The notes beneath the pieces were generated by a model, which saw only the letters and a list, made by a program, of their open reading frames with translations, made no database searches and was not told the origin of the DNA. Both the position numbers and the translations under genes were made by a program. Positions 8,025-17,119 of a DNA stretch of 64,000 nt are shown in pieces. This stretch comes from a virus. Each line of letters starts with the position of its first letter. The stretch's first letter is position 1. The DNA lies in IMG/VR virus record IMGVR_UViG_3300030117_006323, positions 1 to 64,000 of that record; one strand, given 5' to 3'.

Positions 8025-9469
8025 CCAAGTCTGCGGCCACACTTTGGACCGCACCTTCGCATCTTGATAGCCGGATGGCTTTTGTCTCGGATATTTTACG
8101 CGCGTGTGAGATTTTTTTACACCCCCCCTCCCCCCACCATGAGGCAAAACCCCCTAAAGGTGGGGCGGAAAAAATTCTGGCTGTGTGTGAGTTCCTGTAC
8201 GATGGTCCTTACATCTCACCTAAGAACTTGCGATTGAAATTGTCTGAGGAAATCAACGTCTATCCGCACTCTATATCTCAGACGCTGGGGCACGAATCCC
8301 TTGCGGAGATGCTGGCATCCGAATCAGAGGGCTGCGAATCAAACGATTGGTCGGTCGAGAAAGCCCTTGCTATCTTGAAGAGTCTCTACTCCCATGACAT
8401 CATGGACCTCTGCTACAAGATGGATGAATTGGAGGCCATGCTATTCTGGAACGCTGCCTGTTCATCGAGTCCTGTACCCATGAGCAAACACTCTTTCTTG
8501 TGTTCCCTCGCTTGGTGTCTAGGTCTACGTGATAAAATAAGCCACGATGAAATTTACAGTGCGTATGCGACAACGCCGTTTAGTGAAGTAGTTCTGCGTT
8601 TGCTAAACGAACCAGAGTCAATTCCCCTCCTCATGCCACGGGCAGAGTGTGCTATGCGAGGTGGTCACTACCAACCTTGGACTCACAGTCAACTACCGGA
8701 GGATACTTTCCTTGACATTATTAGGGGCCCTCGTAGATTCTTACACATACATGACAAGAAAGCGACACTCAGAGGTAGAGATGGTAAGAGGGTAATCGGT
8801 TTGAAAACGATGTGGGATGGCCATAGGCCGCGTGGTAATTGGATTATTGAAGTGGAGTCAATGGACAACAGACTCTGGTGCGCCACAGATTGTTTATATC
8901 ACAATGAATCTATCATAGACTTACCATACGAAGAACGCTTGAGCCACCTTGAATCATGGGCTAAGGATGAAAAACGCCTAGATGTGATAGTGCCCTTTGC
9001 TTTATCTGGCCATGAGACTGTGGCTGAAATTTCAGGCATGTTAGAAGATAGCCACATGGCTCGTATCGTTTCAAGTGGGCCGTACAAACCGGGCGCAGAT
9101 TGCGGGTGGATAGTCGTACATCATGCATTCCAATTCCGTTTGTTGGTGACAGAGGTAAGACGTAATCAAGATGGCTTCATTGAATTAAAATTAGCCGCGC
9201 TTGATGGACATGACACGTATCCTGTTCACTTGCTGACACTTGATACAGACAAGAGCCAGAGTGCTCTTTTGATACTCAGCCAAAGAGGACATGTGCCTGA
9301 AGAGGATTGGGAGGATGTAGAGCAACTAGGCATTATCCTTGAAGGGACCTGTACAGATATTGAGCCCGGGACATATCGGTTCCTCAATTACCAACCTCTC
9401 TCCTTCAACGGTGAACTAGGTAGAGGGGACGCGAGTCAGTACACAGACATCATCGAGGTGGCTACATGA
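8006..9469 (+). CDS. degenerate ATP-dependent DNA ligase-like protein (probable GTG start at 8006)
   Basis: Ligase motifs appear in order: DIIRGPR (motif I, no Lys), RGRDGK, IIEVE (III), TDCLY (IIIa), LPYEERL..L, GPYKPG…W, then an OB-like region. Confidence 0.65.
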   Translation: MRLRELAKSAATLWTAPSHLDSRMAFVSDILRACEIFLHPPSPHHEAKPPKGGAEKILAVCEFLYDGPYISPKNLRLKLSEEINVYPHSISQTLGHESLAEMLASESEGCESNDWSVEKALAILKSLYSHDIMDLCYKMDELEAMLFWNAACSSSPVPMSKHSFLCSLAWCLGLRDKISHDEIYSAYATTPFSEVVLRLLNEPESIPLLMPRAECAMRGGHYQPWTHSQLPEDTFLDIIRGPRRFLHIHDKKATLRGRDGKRVIGLKTMWDGHRPRGNWIIEVESMDNRLWCATDCLYHNESIIDLPYEERLSHLESWAKDEKRLDVIVPFALSGHETVAEISGMLEDSHMARIVSSGPYKPGADCGWIVVHHAFQFRLLVTEVRRNQDGFIELKLAALDGHDTYPVHLLTLDTDKSQSALLILSQRGHVPEEDWEDVEQLGIILEGTCTDIEPGTYRFLNYQPLSFNGELGRGDASQYTDIIEVAT

Positions 9470-9852
9470 CTGACCTATCCAAATCAGACAGAGTGGCGTT
9501 AGGCATGCTGACGCAATGCTTCAAAATACAAATCAGTTTAACGGATAGCGTATCTACAACGTGTGGGTACAATCTTACTACACATTGCGTGGTAGGTAAA
9601 GGGCGCAGTCAGGCAACAAAGGATGCCATACATGAGTTCCTTGCACGCAAAGACATCGCAGTTACAGATGCAGGTAGAATCTCAGGTAAAAATGACATGA
9701 TGCGATTACTGGATTTGATAGAGCCTTGGGCTGCGTATCTAGGTAAACCCCAACCATTTGACGCGGCCAGATATATTTTGGAAATGCCTGCCCCTACACA
9801 TGACGCAGAAGCATTCAGGGAGTATGTCACACAGGTCGATTCTTTCCTTTAA
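9466..9852 (+). CDS. hypothetical protein, possible degenerate LAGLIDADG-fold
   Basis: F.IQIS…GYNL…I.EFL…LLDLIEPW recalls single-domain LAGLIDADG proteins; the acidic motif is absent. Confidence 0.3.
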   Translation: MTDLSKSDRVALGMLTQCFKIQISLTDSVSTTCGYNLTTHCVVGKGRSQATKDAIHEFLARKDIAVTDAGRISGKNDMMRLLDLIEPWAAYLGKPQPFDAARYILEMPAPTHDAEAFREYVTQVDSFL

Positions 9853-9876
9853 GAACCATCAACAAAATGAAAAGCA
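9844..9876 (+). promoter_or_regulatory. promoter motif copy 2 / 33-bp direct repeat A
   Basis: TTCCTTTAAGAACCATCAACAAAATGAAAAGCA, identical to 10814-10846. TTTAAG starts 28 nt before ATG 9876, consistent with a leaderless transcript. Confidence 0.85.
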
Positions 9877-10865
9877 TGAATTGGACAGAAAAGCACCGGC
9901 CTAGCCATGTGTTGCAAATGGCTGGAGTCGAAGAACTCAAACGAGATTCGCGTAAATGGGCCGAAGCAAAGGGCACTGATGGATACCCACCTGCATTGTT
10001 GTTCACGGGTCCACCGGGTACAGGTAAGACAACAGCGGCTAGAGCACTCGCTATGGAGATGCATGGTGATGAACTCGATGGCCATTACATTGTCACTAAT
10101 GCTTCTGATGACAGAGGCATTTCATTTGTTCGGGATGAACTCAAACAGATAGCGAGAGTCAAGTCACCCACGGGAAGGCGCAAGGTCATCCTTCTTGATG
10201 AGGCAGATGGACTTACACCCACAGCGCAAGACGCATTGCGACAAGTCATAGAGACAACAAGCAAGAGCACACTCTTCATACTCACAGCCAACCGTGAGGA
10301 TAAACTCAAGGCTGCCATCAAGTCACGGTGTCAGCATTACAGGTTTGCTCCTGTTGGCTCTGACGACGGAGCCCGATACTTGCATGATATTATGTGCAAT
10401 TACGTAACGGGTGGTTTACCAAGGGAGCATCTGGTGCTTTTGGTTTCGGTATGTAATGGGGATATGCGTAAGGCCGTTACGGTGCTTGAGAGCATGCCTG
10501 ATTATAACGAAGCGACGTTCATGGATACAGTACGTGCGCAGAGTAGCGAATTAGATGATGCATCTTTGGCCGTTATGAGTGGAGACATGTCACTTGTATC
10601 CGTGAGAATTAATGGTGCATTAGAAAGAGGGCAAGACAGATTCGGCATCCTTAAAGGACTCCGTCATCGCCTCCGAGGTCTGTTGGATGACGAGGACTAC
10701 TTTGTATTCATGAGAGTGTGGGGAGAATTCATGCAGATGACAATGGAATGGCCAGCAGATGACCGCTCTTTCTTTGAGTATTTCGTGGCTGAACTAGCGC
10801 ATGTAACCAACTCTTCCTTTAAGAACCATCAACAAAATGAAAAGCAAACCGAAAGAGGTGAATAA
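9876..10865 (+). CDS. rfcS: replication factor C small subunit (clamp loader)
   Basis: WTEKHRP, GPPGTGKT, NASDDRGI, LDEAD, AQDALR, SRC, GDMRKA. Alternative ATG at 9867. Confidence 0.95.
   Translation: MNWTEKHRPSHVLQMAGVEELKRDSRKWAEAKGTDGYPPALLFTGPPGTGKTTAARALAMEMHGDELDGHYIVTNASDDRGISFVRDELKQIARVKSPTGRRKVILLDEADGLTPTAQDALRQVIETTSKSTLFILTANREDKLKAAIKSRCQHYRFAPVGSDDGARYLHDIMCNYVTGGLPREHLVLLVSVCNGDMRKAVTVLESMPDYNEATFMDTVRAQSSELDDASLAVMSGDMSLVSVRINGALERGQDRFGILKGLRHRLRGLLDDEDYFVFMRVWGEFMQMTMEWPADDRSFFEYFVAELAHVTNSSFKNHQQNEKQTERGE
10814..10846 (+). promoter_or_regulatory. promoter motif copy 3 / 33-bp direct repeat B
   Basis: Exact copy of 9844-9876, lying within the 3' end of rfcS, followed by GAGGTG SD and ATG 10866. 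Confidence 0.85.
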
Positions 10866-12152
10866 ATGAGCGACGAAAGCAATGAAAGTGGTTGGCCCGA
10901 AGGGGTCGTTGAGCGCCTAACAGCGTATGCCGAGAGAGTGGGGATAACCCAAGACGAGGCCTTGCAGGAATTTACGAATTACCTGCTCAACGATTTCACT
11001 ATCGACAACCCAAGAGAAGAAGAAGAAGAAGTCCTAGTGGACTTGGCCGAAGGTTTCCTGTTGGAGACACGCCGTGCCCGTGGAGGCGGGAGTGGTGTTG
11101 AATACGTAGGTCATTTCACTGGTGTGAATGGCAAGTGGAGTGACCGCAGAGAGTCCATGCGAGGTAGGCTCGCACAGGCATACTCGACCAATCCTGATGC
11201 AGCCATCGAAAGTGGCGCAGTAGGTGTGTTCCGTGTGTCTGACGGCAAGTGGATGCTTGAGACCAAAGCAGGTGTCACAGACACAGGTGAAGAAGTCCGT
11301 GAAGGACAACTCCCTGAAAACTCATTCCGTACTGGCGACGCAATCCTTGCGGCACTGGTAAAGAACCCAGAATCTCCTAACTATGGTAAGCCATTTGGTG
11401 CTTACGATGAGAACAGATACATCTACTTCCTTGGGAACGAGAAAGGCTCCTTTGAGGATGAGATTGTCATGTGGCGCATCGCCGCTAACCCTCGTGATGA
11501 GGTACGGCTAGGTGTTCCTTGTAAGTTCAAAGGCAGACCCCCACGTGAGGATGCCGCTGAAGCATGGAGAGATGTCATCGAAGTATCCGATGGTTGGGTA
11601 CAGAACATCTCATACACTGACGATTTCGTTGACCCCGACCTGCGTGCAGACTTGCGTGCAGACCGCTTCTGGGTGAACGAGGATTTCCATGACTACTACG
11701 TAGAACTGGATGAACTTGTTGAATGCTACGAGGCCAAGAAGGAGGCACTCTCCAACGGTGAGGGTTACTTTGGGCCAATTGTTTTGACCAAGGGATTCGT
11801 TGTTCGTATGAGCACTGAGCCGGTAGCGAGTGAGCGAGACCAGACGGGTCGCAACTTCAGTATGGACCTGTCAAGTATGGCCCTCCAGCAGGCCTACGGT
11901 GATGACCGAGCGGAAGTCCGTCTATGGATTCCGGGTGCGGTCAGTGACCTTACACACCCATTTGAGTTCCACGATGGAGCAGGATGGGCTGAGTATGCAG
12001 AGCGCAGTACCATCATGGTCTGTGGTCGTATTGGGTTGCGGGCAAGTGGAGACCACTTCGTACCCAAGTTGAATGTACTGGGTGTCTATGCTCTACCCAA
12101 CCGAGCACGACGCCGACAAAGTGGAGGGGACACAAGTCTGTCTCAATTCTGA
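10866..12152 (+). CDS. putative ssDNA-binding (RPA/OB-fold) protein
   Basis: Helical N-terminus, beta-rich acidic body, position between RFC and the recombinase, PIP-like C-terminus DTSLSQF. Function is inferred. Confidence 0.45.
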   Translation: MSDESNESGWPEGVVERLTAYAERVGITQDEALQEFTNYLLNDFTIDNPREEEEEVLVDLAEGFLLETRRARGGGSGVEYVGHFTGVNGKWSDRRESMRGRLAQAYSTNPDAAIESGAVGVFRVSDGKWMLETKAGVTDTGEEVREGQLPENSFRTGDAILAALVKNPESPNYGKPFGAYDENRYIYFLGNEKGSFEDEIVMWRIAANPRDEVRLGVPCKFKGRPPREDAAEAWRDVIEVSDGWVQNISYTDDFVDPDLRADLRADRFWVNEDFHDYYVELDELVECYEAKKEALSNGEGYFGPIVLTKGFVVRMSTEPVASERDQTGRNFSMDLSSMALQQAYGDDRAEVRLWIPGAVSDLTHPFEFHDGAGWAEYAERSTIMVCGRIGLRASGDHFVPKLNVLGVYALPNRARRRQSGGDTSLSQF

Positions 12153-12161
12153 GGTGATTAC

Positions 12162-12356
12162 ATGAGTGCGTTAGAAGATGCAGTGTGTGCCAAAATCAAG
12201 GCACGTGCCGACCGAGGGTGGCATAAGTACGGCAAATCAATGGAGCGCCGTGACTTGTCATTCATGGAATGGCTTGTACATCTGCAAGAGGAACTCATGG
12301 ATGCCACAGTTTACGTTGAGAAACTGATGACCATAGCAGAGGAGGAAGAAGTATGA
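12162..12356 (+). CDS. small all-alpha NTP pyrophosphatase-like (MazG-like) phage protein
   Basis: R…G..KYG…R.DL…WL.HLQEELMDA.VY..K. Confidence 0.6.
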   Translation: MSALEDAVCAKIKARADRGWHKYGKSMERRDLSFMEWLVHLQEELMDATVYVEKLMTIAEEEEV

Positions 12357-13342
12357 GTGGATTCGGAGCAAAGAAGGGAGCCGTAGTGGCTAAGAAAAAG
12401 GAGGAGCAAGCGCAGGCTGAGAAGTCTGTGATGATGAAAGAAGCAGGCGCGAAGCCCTCCAACACATTTGAGAATCTTGAACAAGAGTTGGCGTTGCTCG
12501 CTGACCACGGCCCTAAGAGTCACATTTTCTGTGGTGTCGTGGGGCATGAGAACACAACCAAGACAGGCACAGTCATGGATGCTTTCATGACAGGTATCGG
12601 TCAGGACAGTGAGAACATGTTATGGGTGCTTGACTTCGATGGTGGTGCGGCGGCATGTCGTGCTGCTCATTGGGGCAACACACCTCAAGTCAGATGTTGG
12701 GACCCATACGTCATGCAGACAGATGACAGAACTGCCTATGACTATCCCGGCACGCACCAACGTGTCATGGATATTGGCCAGTTCGCTGTACAGCAATCTG
12801 TCAAGCAGATGCAACCGGGGTACACAGGCCCTCGACTCACATACTTCATGGTCACCAGCGTTGACTCATGGGACAGCGTCTGTGTGAACAATATGAAGAT
12901 TACAGATATGGGTATCGCTAAGGACGGTATCGAAGCGAGTGACCCTACCAAGACAGTGGGTAACCAATGGAACTGGAGCATCAGGACTACTCGATTCCAT
13001 CAACTCACAGCACTGTGCCGCAGACTTGTGGCTAATGGTGTGGCTGTGTTCTGGGAAACTCACATCAAGCCAGAGGTATTCCGCGACCAAGAAACTGGTG
13101 GTTGGAAACCTGACTGGGAAAAACACACAAGCAATTACTTGAACCAGATTCTCTGGTTCCGCAAGAAGAAAGTACGGGAGGCTGATGGCAGTCCCACAGG
13201 TGAGACACATTACACTGTGGAATTCCATAAGTGCAAGACGAACCCTACGCTGCAAGGGCAGGAAAGGGTCATCTTCAGCACAGCCAAAGGGCGTGAGCCT
13301 ATTTGGAATGGCCTCCCAGAACTACGGGAGGGCGTAATGTGA
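12353..13342 (+). CDS. RecA-fold ATPase (Sak4/AAA_24-like recombination protein)
   Basis: Walker A-like GHENTTKT, VLDFDGG, Walker B-like VTSVDSW, FWETH.K. Confidence 0.65.
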   Translation: MSGFGAKKGAVVAKKKEEQAQAEKSVMMKEAGAKPSNTFENLEQELALLADHGPKSHIFCGVVGHENTTKTGTVMDAFMTGIGQDSENMLWVLDFDGGAAACRAAHWGNTPQVRCWDPYVMQTDDRTAYDYPGTHQRVMDIGQFAVQQSVKQMQPGYTGPRLTYFMVTSVDSWDSVCVNNMKITDMGIAKDGIEASDPTKTVGNQWNWSIRTTRFHQLTALCRRLVANGVAVFWETHIKPEVFRDQETGGWKPDWEKHTSNYLNQILWFRKKKVREADGSPTGETHYTVEFHKCKTNPTLQGQERVIFSTAKGREPIWNGLPELREGVM

Positions 13343-13376
13343 CGCAGTCCTTATTACACTCGCTGAATATCGCAAC

Positions 13377-13551
13377 AAAAGTCGAGGGCCGAGGGGGTTC
13401 GGCGAGGAGGTTTTTTCATGTTTGACCTAGACATTGCCTCCTCGGTTCTCGCAACTTATTTTCCTCGGAACTCCGTAAAAAGTCGAGGAGTGAGGGGGCC
13501 GAGGAACCCGTTTCAGGTAGGACTATCCCCCCTCACTCTTCGCAAACGGAG
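13377..13551 (+). ncRNA. putative structured RNA/DNA element: two related long hairpins
   Basis: CGAGGGCCGAGGGGG/CCTCCTCGGTTCTCG and CGAGGAGTGAGGGGG/CCCCCTCACTCTTCG stems with G-U pairs; both flanked by AAAAGT…CGCAA. Confidence 0.55.
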
Positions 13552-13553
13552 CG

Positions 13554-14360
13554 ATGGATATGGTAGCATTAACGGTTAGCCGGAAGGGCTTACAGCAACT
13601 CATAGATGGGTTTGGTACAGGCATAGGCGACCTCCGCTTGAGAGTAAAACACTCAGGTGTGATTGGAGGTGAAGGCAATGGTGCTGTCCTTGTGGCATCT
13701 GTAGGGTACTACACCCACTACTTACGTTTGACTACGATTGTCAATGATGTAGAAGAGCCGGGCTCAATAGCAATCAGTGACATCAATGCAGTCCGTGCTT
13801 TCCTGAAATCAGGGAAGGATACAGATGTGCATTTACAACAGGATGGTGAAAACAAGATGCTTTACCTCACCTGCGGGAGAGCCAAGATTCATCTACCCGG
13901 CACAGGCAAAGTGGAATCCTTTTCACACGTACCTATGATTGAGCGCATCATCAAAGAGGCCGAGGAGAATCATTGGACTCAATGGAGTGACCGACCTCTA
14001 TCTTGTTCGGGTACGCTGCAAACATCTGACACACAGGAAGCCATTGCTATACATTCTGTGTTGGGAGAGAACCCGCTGTACACGGTCGAGTTCTGGGCCA
14101 ATCAATCAGAGATGAAAGTCAAGGCCGGGAAGAAGAGCAAGGGGCGTATGTTTGTAACTGCGCCCATCGAAAATGCCAAAGGTCCTGAACATAAATGCAC
14201 CTCTGTGTATGGGGCTAACTTCCCTGTCAATCTCAAGTGCTTACCAGCGGGGGAACTCAACATGTACATGGGGGATGACACCCCTATTGTATTCTATCAC
14301 GATGCCACAGCCTCTTACCTGATTATCTTTGACTGTGACTATGAGGAGGGCTGGCAATGA
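13554..14360 (+). CDS. putative DNA sliding clamp (PCNA-like)
   Basis: 268 aa, alternating beta/alpha pattern, C-terminal L.MY.GD.TPIVF…YLI; lies between clamp loader and PolB. Confidence 0.55.
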   Translation: MDMVALTVSRKGLQQLIDGFGTGIGDLRLRVKHSGVIGGEGNGAVLVASVGYYTHYLRLTTIVNDVEEPGSIAISDINAVRAFLKSGKDTDVHLQQDGENKMLYLTCGRAKIHLPGTGKVESFSHVPMIERIIKEAEENHWTQWSDRPLSCSGTLQTSDTQEAIAIHSVLGENPLYTVEFWANQSEMKVKAGKKSKGRMFVTAPIENAKGPEHKCTSVYGANFPVNLKCLPAGELNMYMGDDTPIVFYHDATASYLIIFDCDYEEGWQ

Positions 14361-14470
14361 GAATCCAGAAATGTTTCTGCGGTTGGATAGGCCCTACGGA
14401 TGGGCTTACTGCTTGTCCCACATGCAACCGCCCCTTCACCAATTACAAGTGTGAGGGGTGTGGGGATTGA
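14357..14470 (+). CDS. 37-aa Zn-ribbon microprotein MRIQKCFCGWIGPTDGLTACPTCNRPFTNYKCEGCGD
   Basis: Manual translation; ATGA-coupled upstream and TTGA-coupled to polB. Confidence 0.7.
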   Translation: MRIQKCFCGWIGPTDGLTACPTCNRPFTNYKCEGCGD

Positions 14471-16854
14471 TTGTTGACCAATATTACCCAGACCATGATG
14501 GCCGGGCATGGATTTACACACGTTGGCGTGACGAAGAAGGCCATCTTGTAGAGCGCCATGTTCCACCCAAAGAGTTTGAACCGTACTTTTGGATACCCGC
14601 TAAAACAAGACCGGCTCTTGTGGAGCGTGTCATTTCACGTTACCCGGGTTCGCGTGTAGTGTGGGAGGACAGAGCCGTATCAGTACCTGACCCTGTAGAT
14701 GGAAGTACGCAACTGGTGAAGGTCATTGCACACAAACCATCTGAGATAGGGTCGATGAAGGATGAATTTCCACGGACCTATGAAGCCGATGTTCGATTCC
14801 AAGACCGATACTTGATTGACACATTCAGGGACTTCCCCAAATGGACACCTAGAGTCTGGCACTTTGATATTGAAGCCGTCTATGTAGGTACAAGACAAGA
14901 GATGTGTACTGTCATTTGCGTCAATGATTCCGTGCTCGGGTACCCCGTAGTGTTCGCTTGGAATCGGGAACAAGAAGAACTCAAGGAAAGAGGGCAGCCT
15001 TGCGCCGAGACTATGTGGGTAGAGCGGGTCGATGGATATGAACTCAGGCTCTTTGGTAGCGAAGGCGCTACGTTAGAAGCATTCCTTCAATTCATGGAGG
15101 AGTGTGACCCCGACATCCTTGTCGCACATGGTGCTAATTACTTCGACGTACCTCATCTCATTCGACGGTTAGGTGATGACTTCCGTCGCCTCTCTCCTAT
15201 TCACAAAGTCCGTAGACCCCCCAAGACCAAAGGCTACTACGGCGATACAGACCAGCCAATCCTAGGCCGCATTGTATTCGACAGTGCTTGTCGTGGTTCC
15301 ATGGGGGGCGGCTTTGAGCGCGTTTGGATGGACAGTGGGCGCGGTCAATTGCCCAATCGCAAGTTGGATACCATCGCTAGAGAGTTAGGCTTGGAGGGCA
15401 AGTTCGATGTTGATGCTAGCGATTGGTCTATCTGGGAGGGCAACCATCCTGAAATTTCTTTCTGGGACTATGTGGACTATTGTGTACAGGACGTAATCCT
15501 GCTCCGAGATATTGACAAGAGGTTGCACGCATTGGACTTCTTCCTCGCATTGCAGAGATTGTGTGGTGTCATGTTTGAATCAACACACAACGTCACCAAG
15601 TTTGCCCGTGGATTACTCAGTCGGCGAACAGATTGGAAAGCACCTACTAGGGACAAGTCAGACCGCCCGCCTCTCAAAGGGGCATACATCCCTCCACCTA
15701 CACCCGGTCGATACGAAGGGGTAGCAGTAGTGGATTACAAGGGTCTGTATCCATCTATTATTCTCAGCCACAATTTATCCTACGAGACATACTTCCATGG
15801 CCAACCCACACCCGGGCAGATAGAGTCAGGGGAAATCCATGTCTTGCCTAATGGGACAGCATGGTTACAGACGGAGAAGGGTTTACTCCCCACTATCATT
15901 GAGGAAATGTTTGCTTTACGCGATGAACTCAAAGCCAACATGAAAAACTCACAGACAGATGAAGAGAGGGATGGCTGGGATATTTTCCAGAAAGCGGTCA
16001 AACGTGTCATGGCCAGCCTGTACGGTATGTGTGGAAGCGCTGGTTATGGATGGGGCTCTTACGAAGTGGCTAGTAGTATCACGGCTGTGGGTCGTGAGAG
16101 CATCCATTTCCTATTGAATGAAGCAGAGGCCCAAGGATACAAAGCGCTCTATGGGCACACAGATAGTAGTATGATTCAGGTGCCTCTTGATGAGGCCGAA
16201 ACGCTCGCTAAGCATTTGACAGCGAGGGTGCAACAGGAATTGAATGCACCTCAACTGTTCGTAGAACTTGAAGCCTACTTCCCCTTCTGGACTGTAGCCA
16301 AAAAGAATAGGTACTTTGGGATTAAATCTTGGCCAGAAGAGGAGGCCGGGCAGATGAAAGTAGCCGGTTACGAATACAAGGCTAGTCACTCTGCTCCTCT
16401 CACCAAGGAGGTGCAACGCATTATTTTCACTCACATTAGCGAGGGCCAGAATGAACAGGAGGTATCCTCTGCGTTACGACCCTTGGCCAAGGCGGTGCTC
16501 ACGGGTGAGGTCGAATTAGACATCCTCTCATCTTGGGCTAGACTTGGTAAAGACCCTGAGAAATACAATCCATCACACACACCCAATGGGGCAAAGGCTG
16601 CTCTGTTCTTCAACAAGCACATGTCTGATGGAGTCAAGTTCAGACAGGGGGATAGTGTGCCATGGGTCTATGTGGACCACCCTGATACAAACGTAGTCGC
16701 TTACATGGATGAGTCCGATTTAGATGGATTTCAATTGGACTACCCTACGATGGTTGAGAAGTTAATCCTCTCTAAAATCACAGTATTCGATGAGGCCATG
16801 GGGTGGGACCCGAAAAGAGCGGTGGGTAAACCAGCACCGAAAAGATACTGGTGA
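14467..16854 (+). CDS. polB: family B DNA polymerase (probable TTG start at 14467)
   Basis: ExoI FDIE, ExoII FD, ExoIII YCVQD, motif A DYKGLYPSII, motif B K…SLYG, motif C YGHTDS, KKNRY. Confidence 0.95.
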   Translation: MIVDQYYPDHDGRAWIYTRWRDEEGHLVERHVPPKEFEPYFWIPAKTRPALVERVISRYPGSRVVWEDRAVSVPDPVDGSTQLVKVIAHKPSEIGSMKDEFPRTYEADVRFQDRYLIDTFRDFPKWTPRVWHFDIEAVYVGTRQEMCTVICVNDSVLGYPVVFAWNREQEELKERGQPCAETMWVERVDGYELRLFGSEGATLEAFLQFMEECDPDILVAHGANYFDVPHLIRRLGDDFRRLSPIHKVRRPPKTKGYYGDTDQPILGRIVFDSACRGSMGGGFERVWMDSGRGQLPNRKLDTIARELGLEGKFDVDASDWSIWEGNHPEISFWDYVDYCVQDVILLRDIDKRLHALDFFLALQRLCGVMFESTHNVTKFARGLLSRRTDWKAPTRDKSDRPPLKGAYIPPPTPGRYEGVAVVDYKGLYPSIILSHNLSYETYFHGQPTPGQIESGEIHVLPNGTAWLQTEKGLLPTIIEEMFALRDELKANMKNSQTDEERDGWDIFQKAVKRVMASLYGMCGSAGYGWGSYEVASSITAVGRESIHFLLNEAEAQGYKALYGHTDSSMIQVPLDEAETLAKHLTARVQQELNAPQLFVELEAYFPFWTVAKKNRYFGIKSWPEEEAGQMKVAGYEYKASHSAPLTKEVQRIIFTHISEGQNEQEVSSALRPLAKAVLTGEVELDILSSWARLGKDPEKYNPSHTPNGAKAALFFNKHMSDGVKFRQGDSVPWVYVDHPDTNVVAYMDESDLDGFQLDYPTMVEKLILSKITVFDEAMGWDPKRAVGKPAPKRYW

Positions 16855-16855
16855 C

Positions 16856-16874
16856 CCTTTAAGAAGCAATAAGA
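16856..16874 (+). promoter_or_regulatory. promoter motif copy 4 (CCTTTAAGAAGCAATAAGA)
   Basis: Immediately after the polB stop; TTTAAG starts 28 nt before ATG 16886. Confidence 0.6.
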
Positions 16875-16885
16875 TAGGTGATAGC

Positions 16886-17119
16886 ATGATGAAAGATAAA
16901 GACGATATTGTTCAGGACGTTAGCCCATGGGGTGGTACGTTCAAGGCAAAAGAACCTAACCCATTGACCTGTAATTCGTGGGAGAAGGCATTCTGCTTAG
17001 AGCAGAGATTAGATACAGACCCAGAGAGCATGCTTACCGCAGACCCAAACATATTGCAATGCCCACTCTGTGGATTCACGATACCACTTGAACCTGTAGA
17101 AGAGGAGGCGAGTGAATGA
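16886..17119 (+). CDS. hypothetical protein with CPLCG
   Basis: AGGTGA SD before ATG 16886; coupled to the next gene. Confidence 0.6.
   Translation: MMKDKDDIVQDVSPWGGTFKAKEPNPLTCNSWEKAFCLEQRLDTDPESMLTADPNILQCPLCGFTIPLEPVEEEASE

Noticed and set aside
13343-13553. tRNA or simple intrinsic terminator
   Set aside because: No cloverleaf was found; the stems are long and not followed by a U-tract, so it is kept as an unknown structured element.
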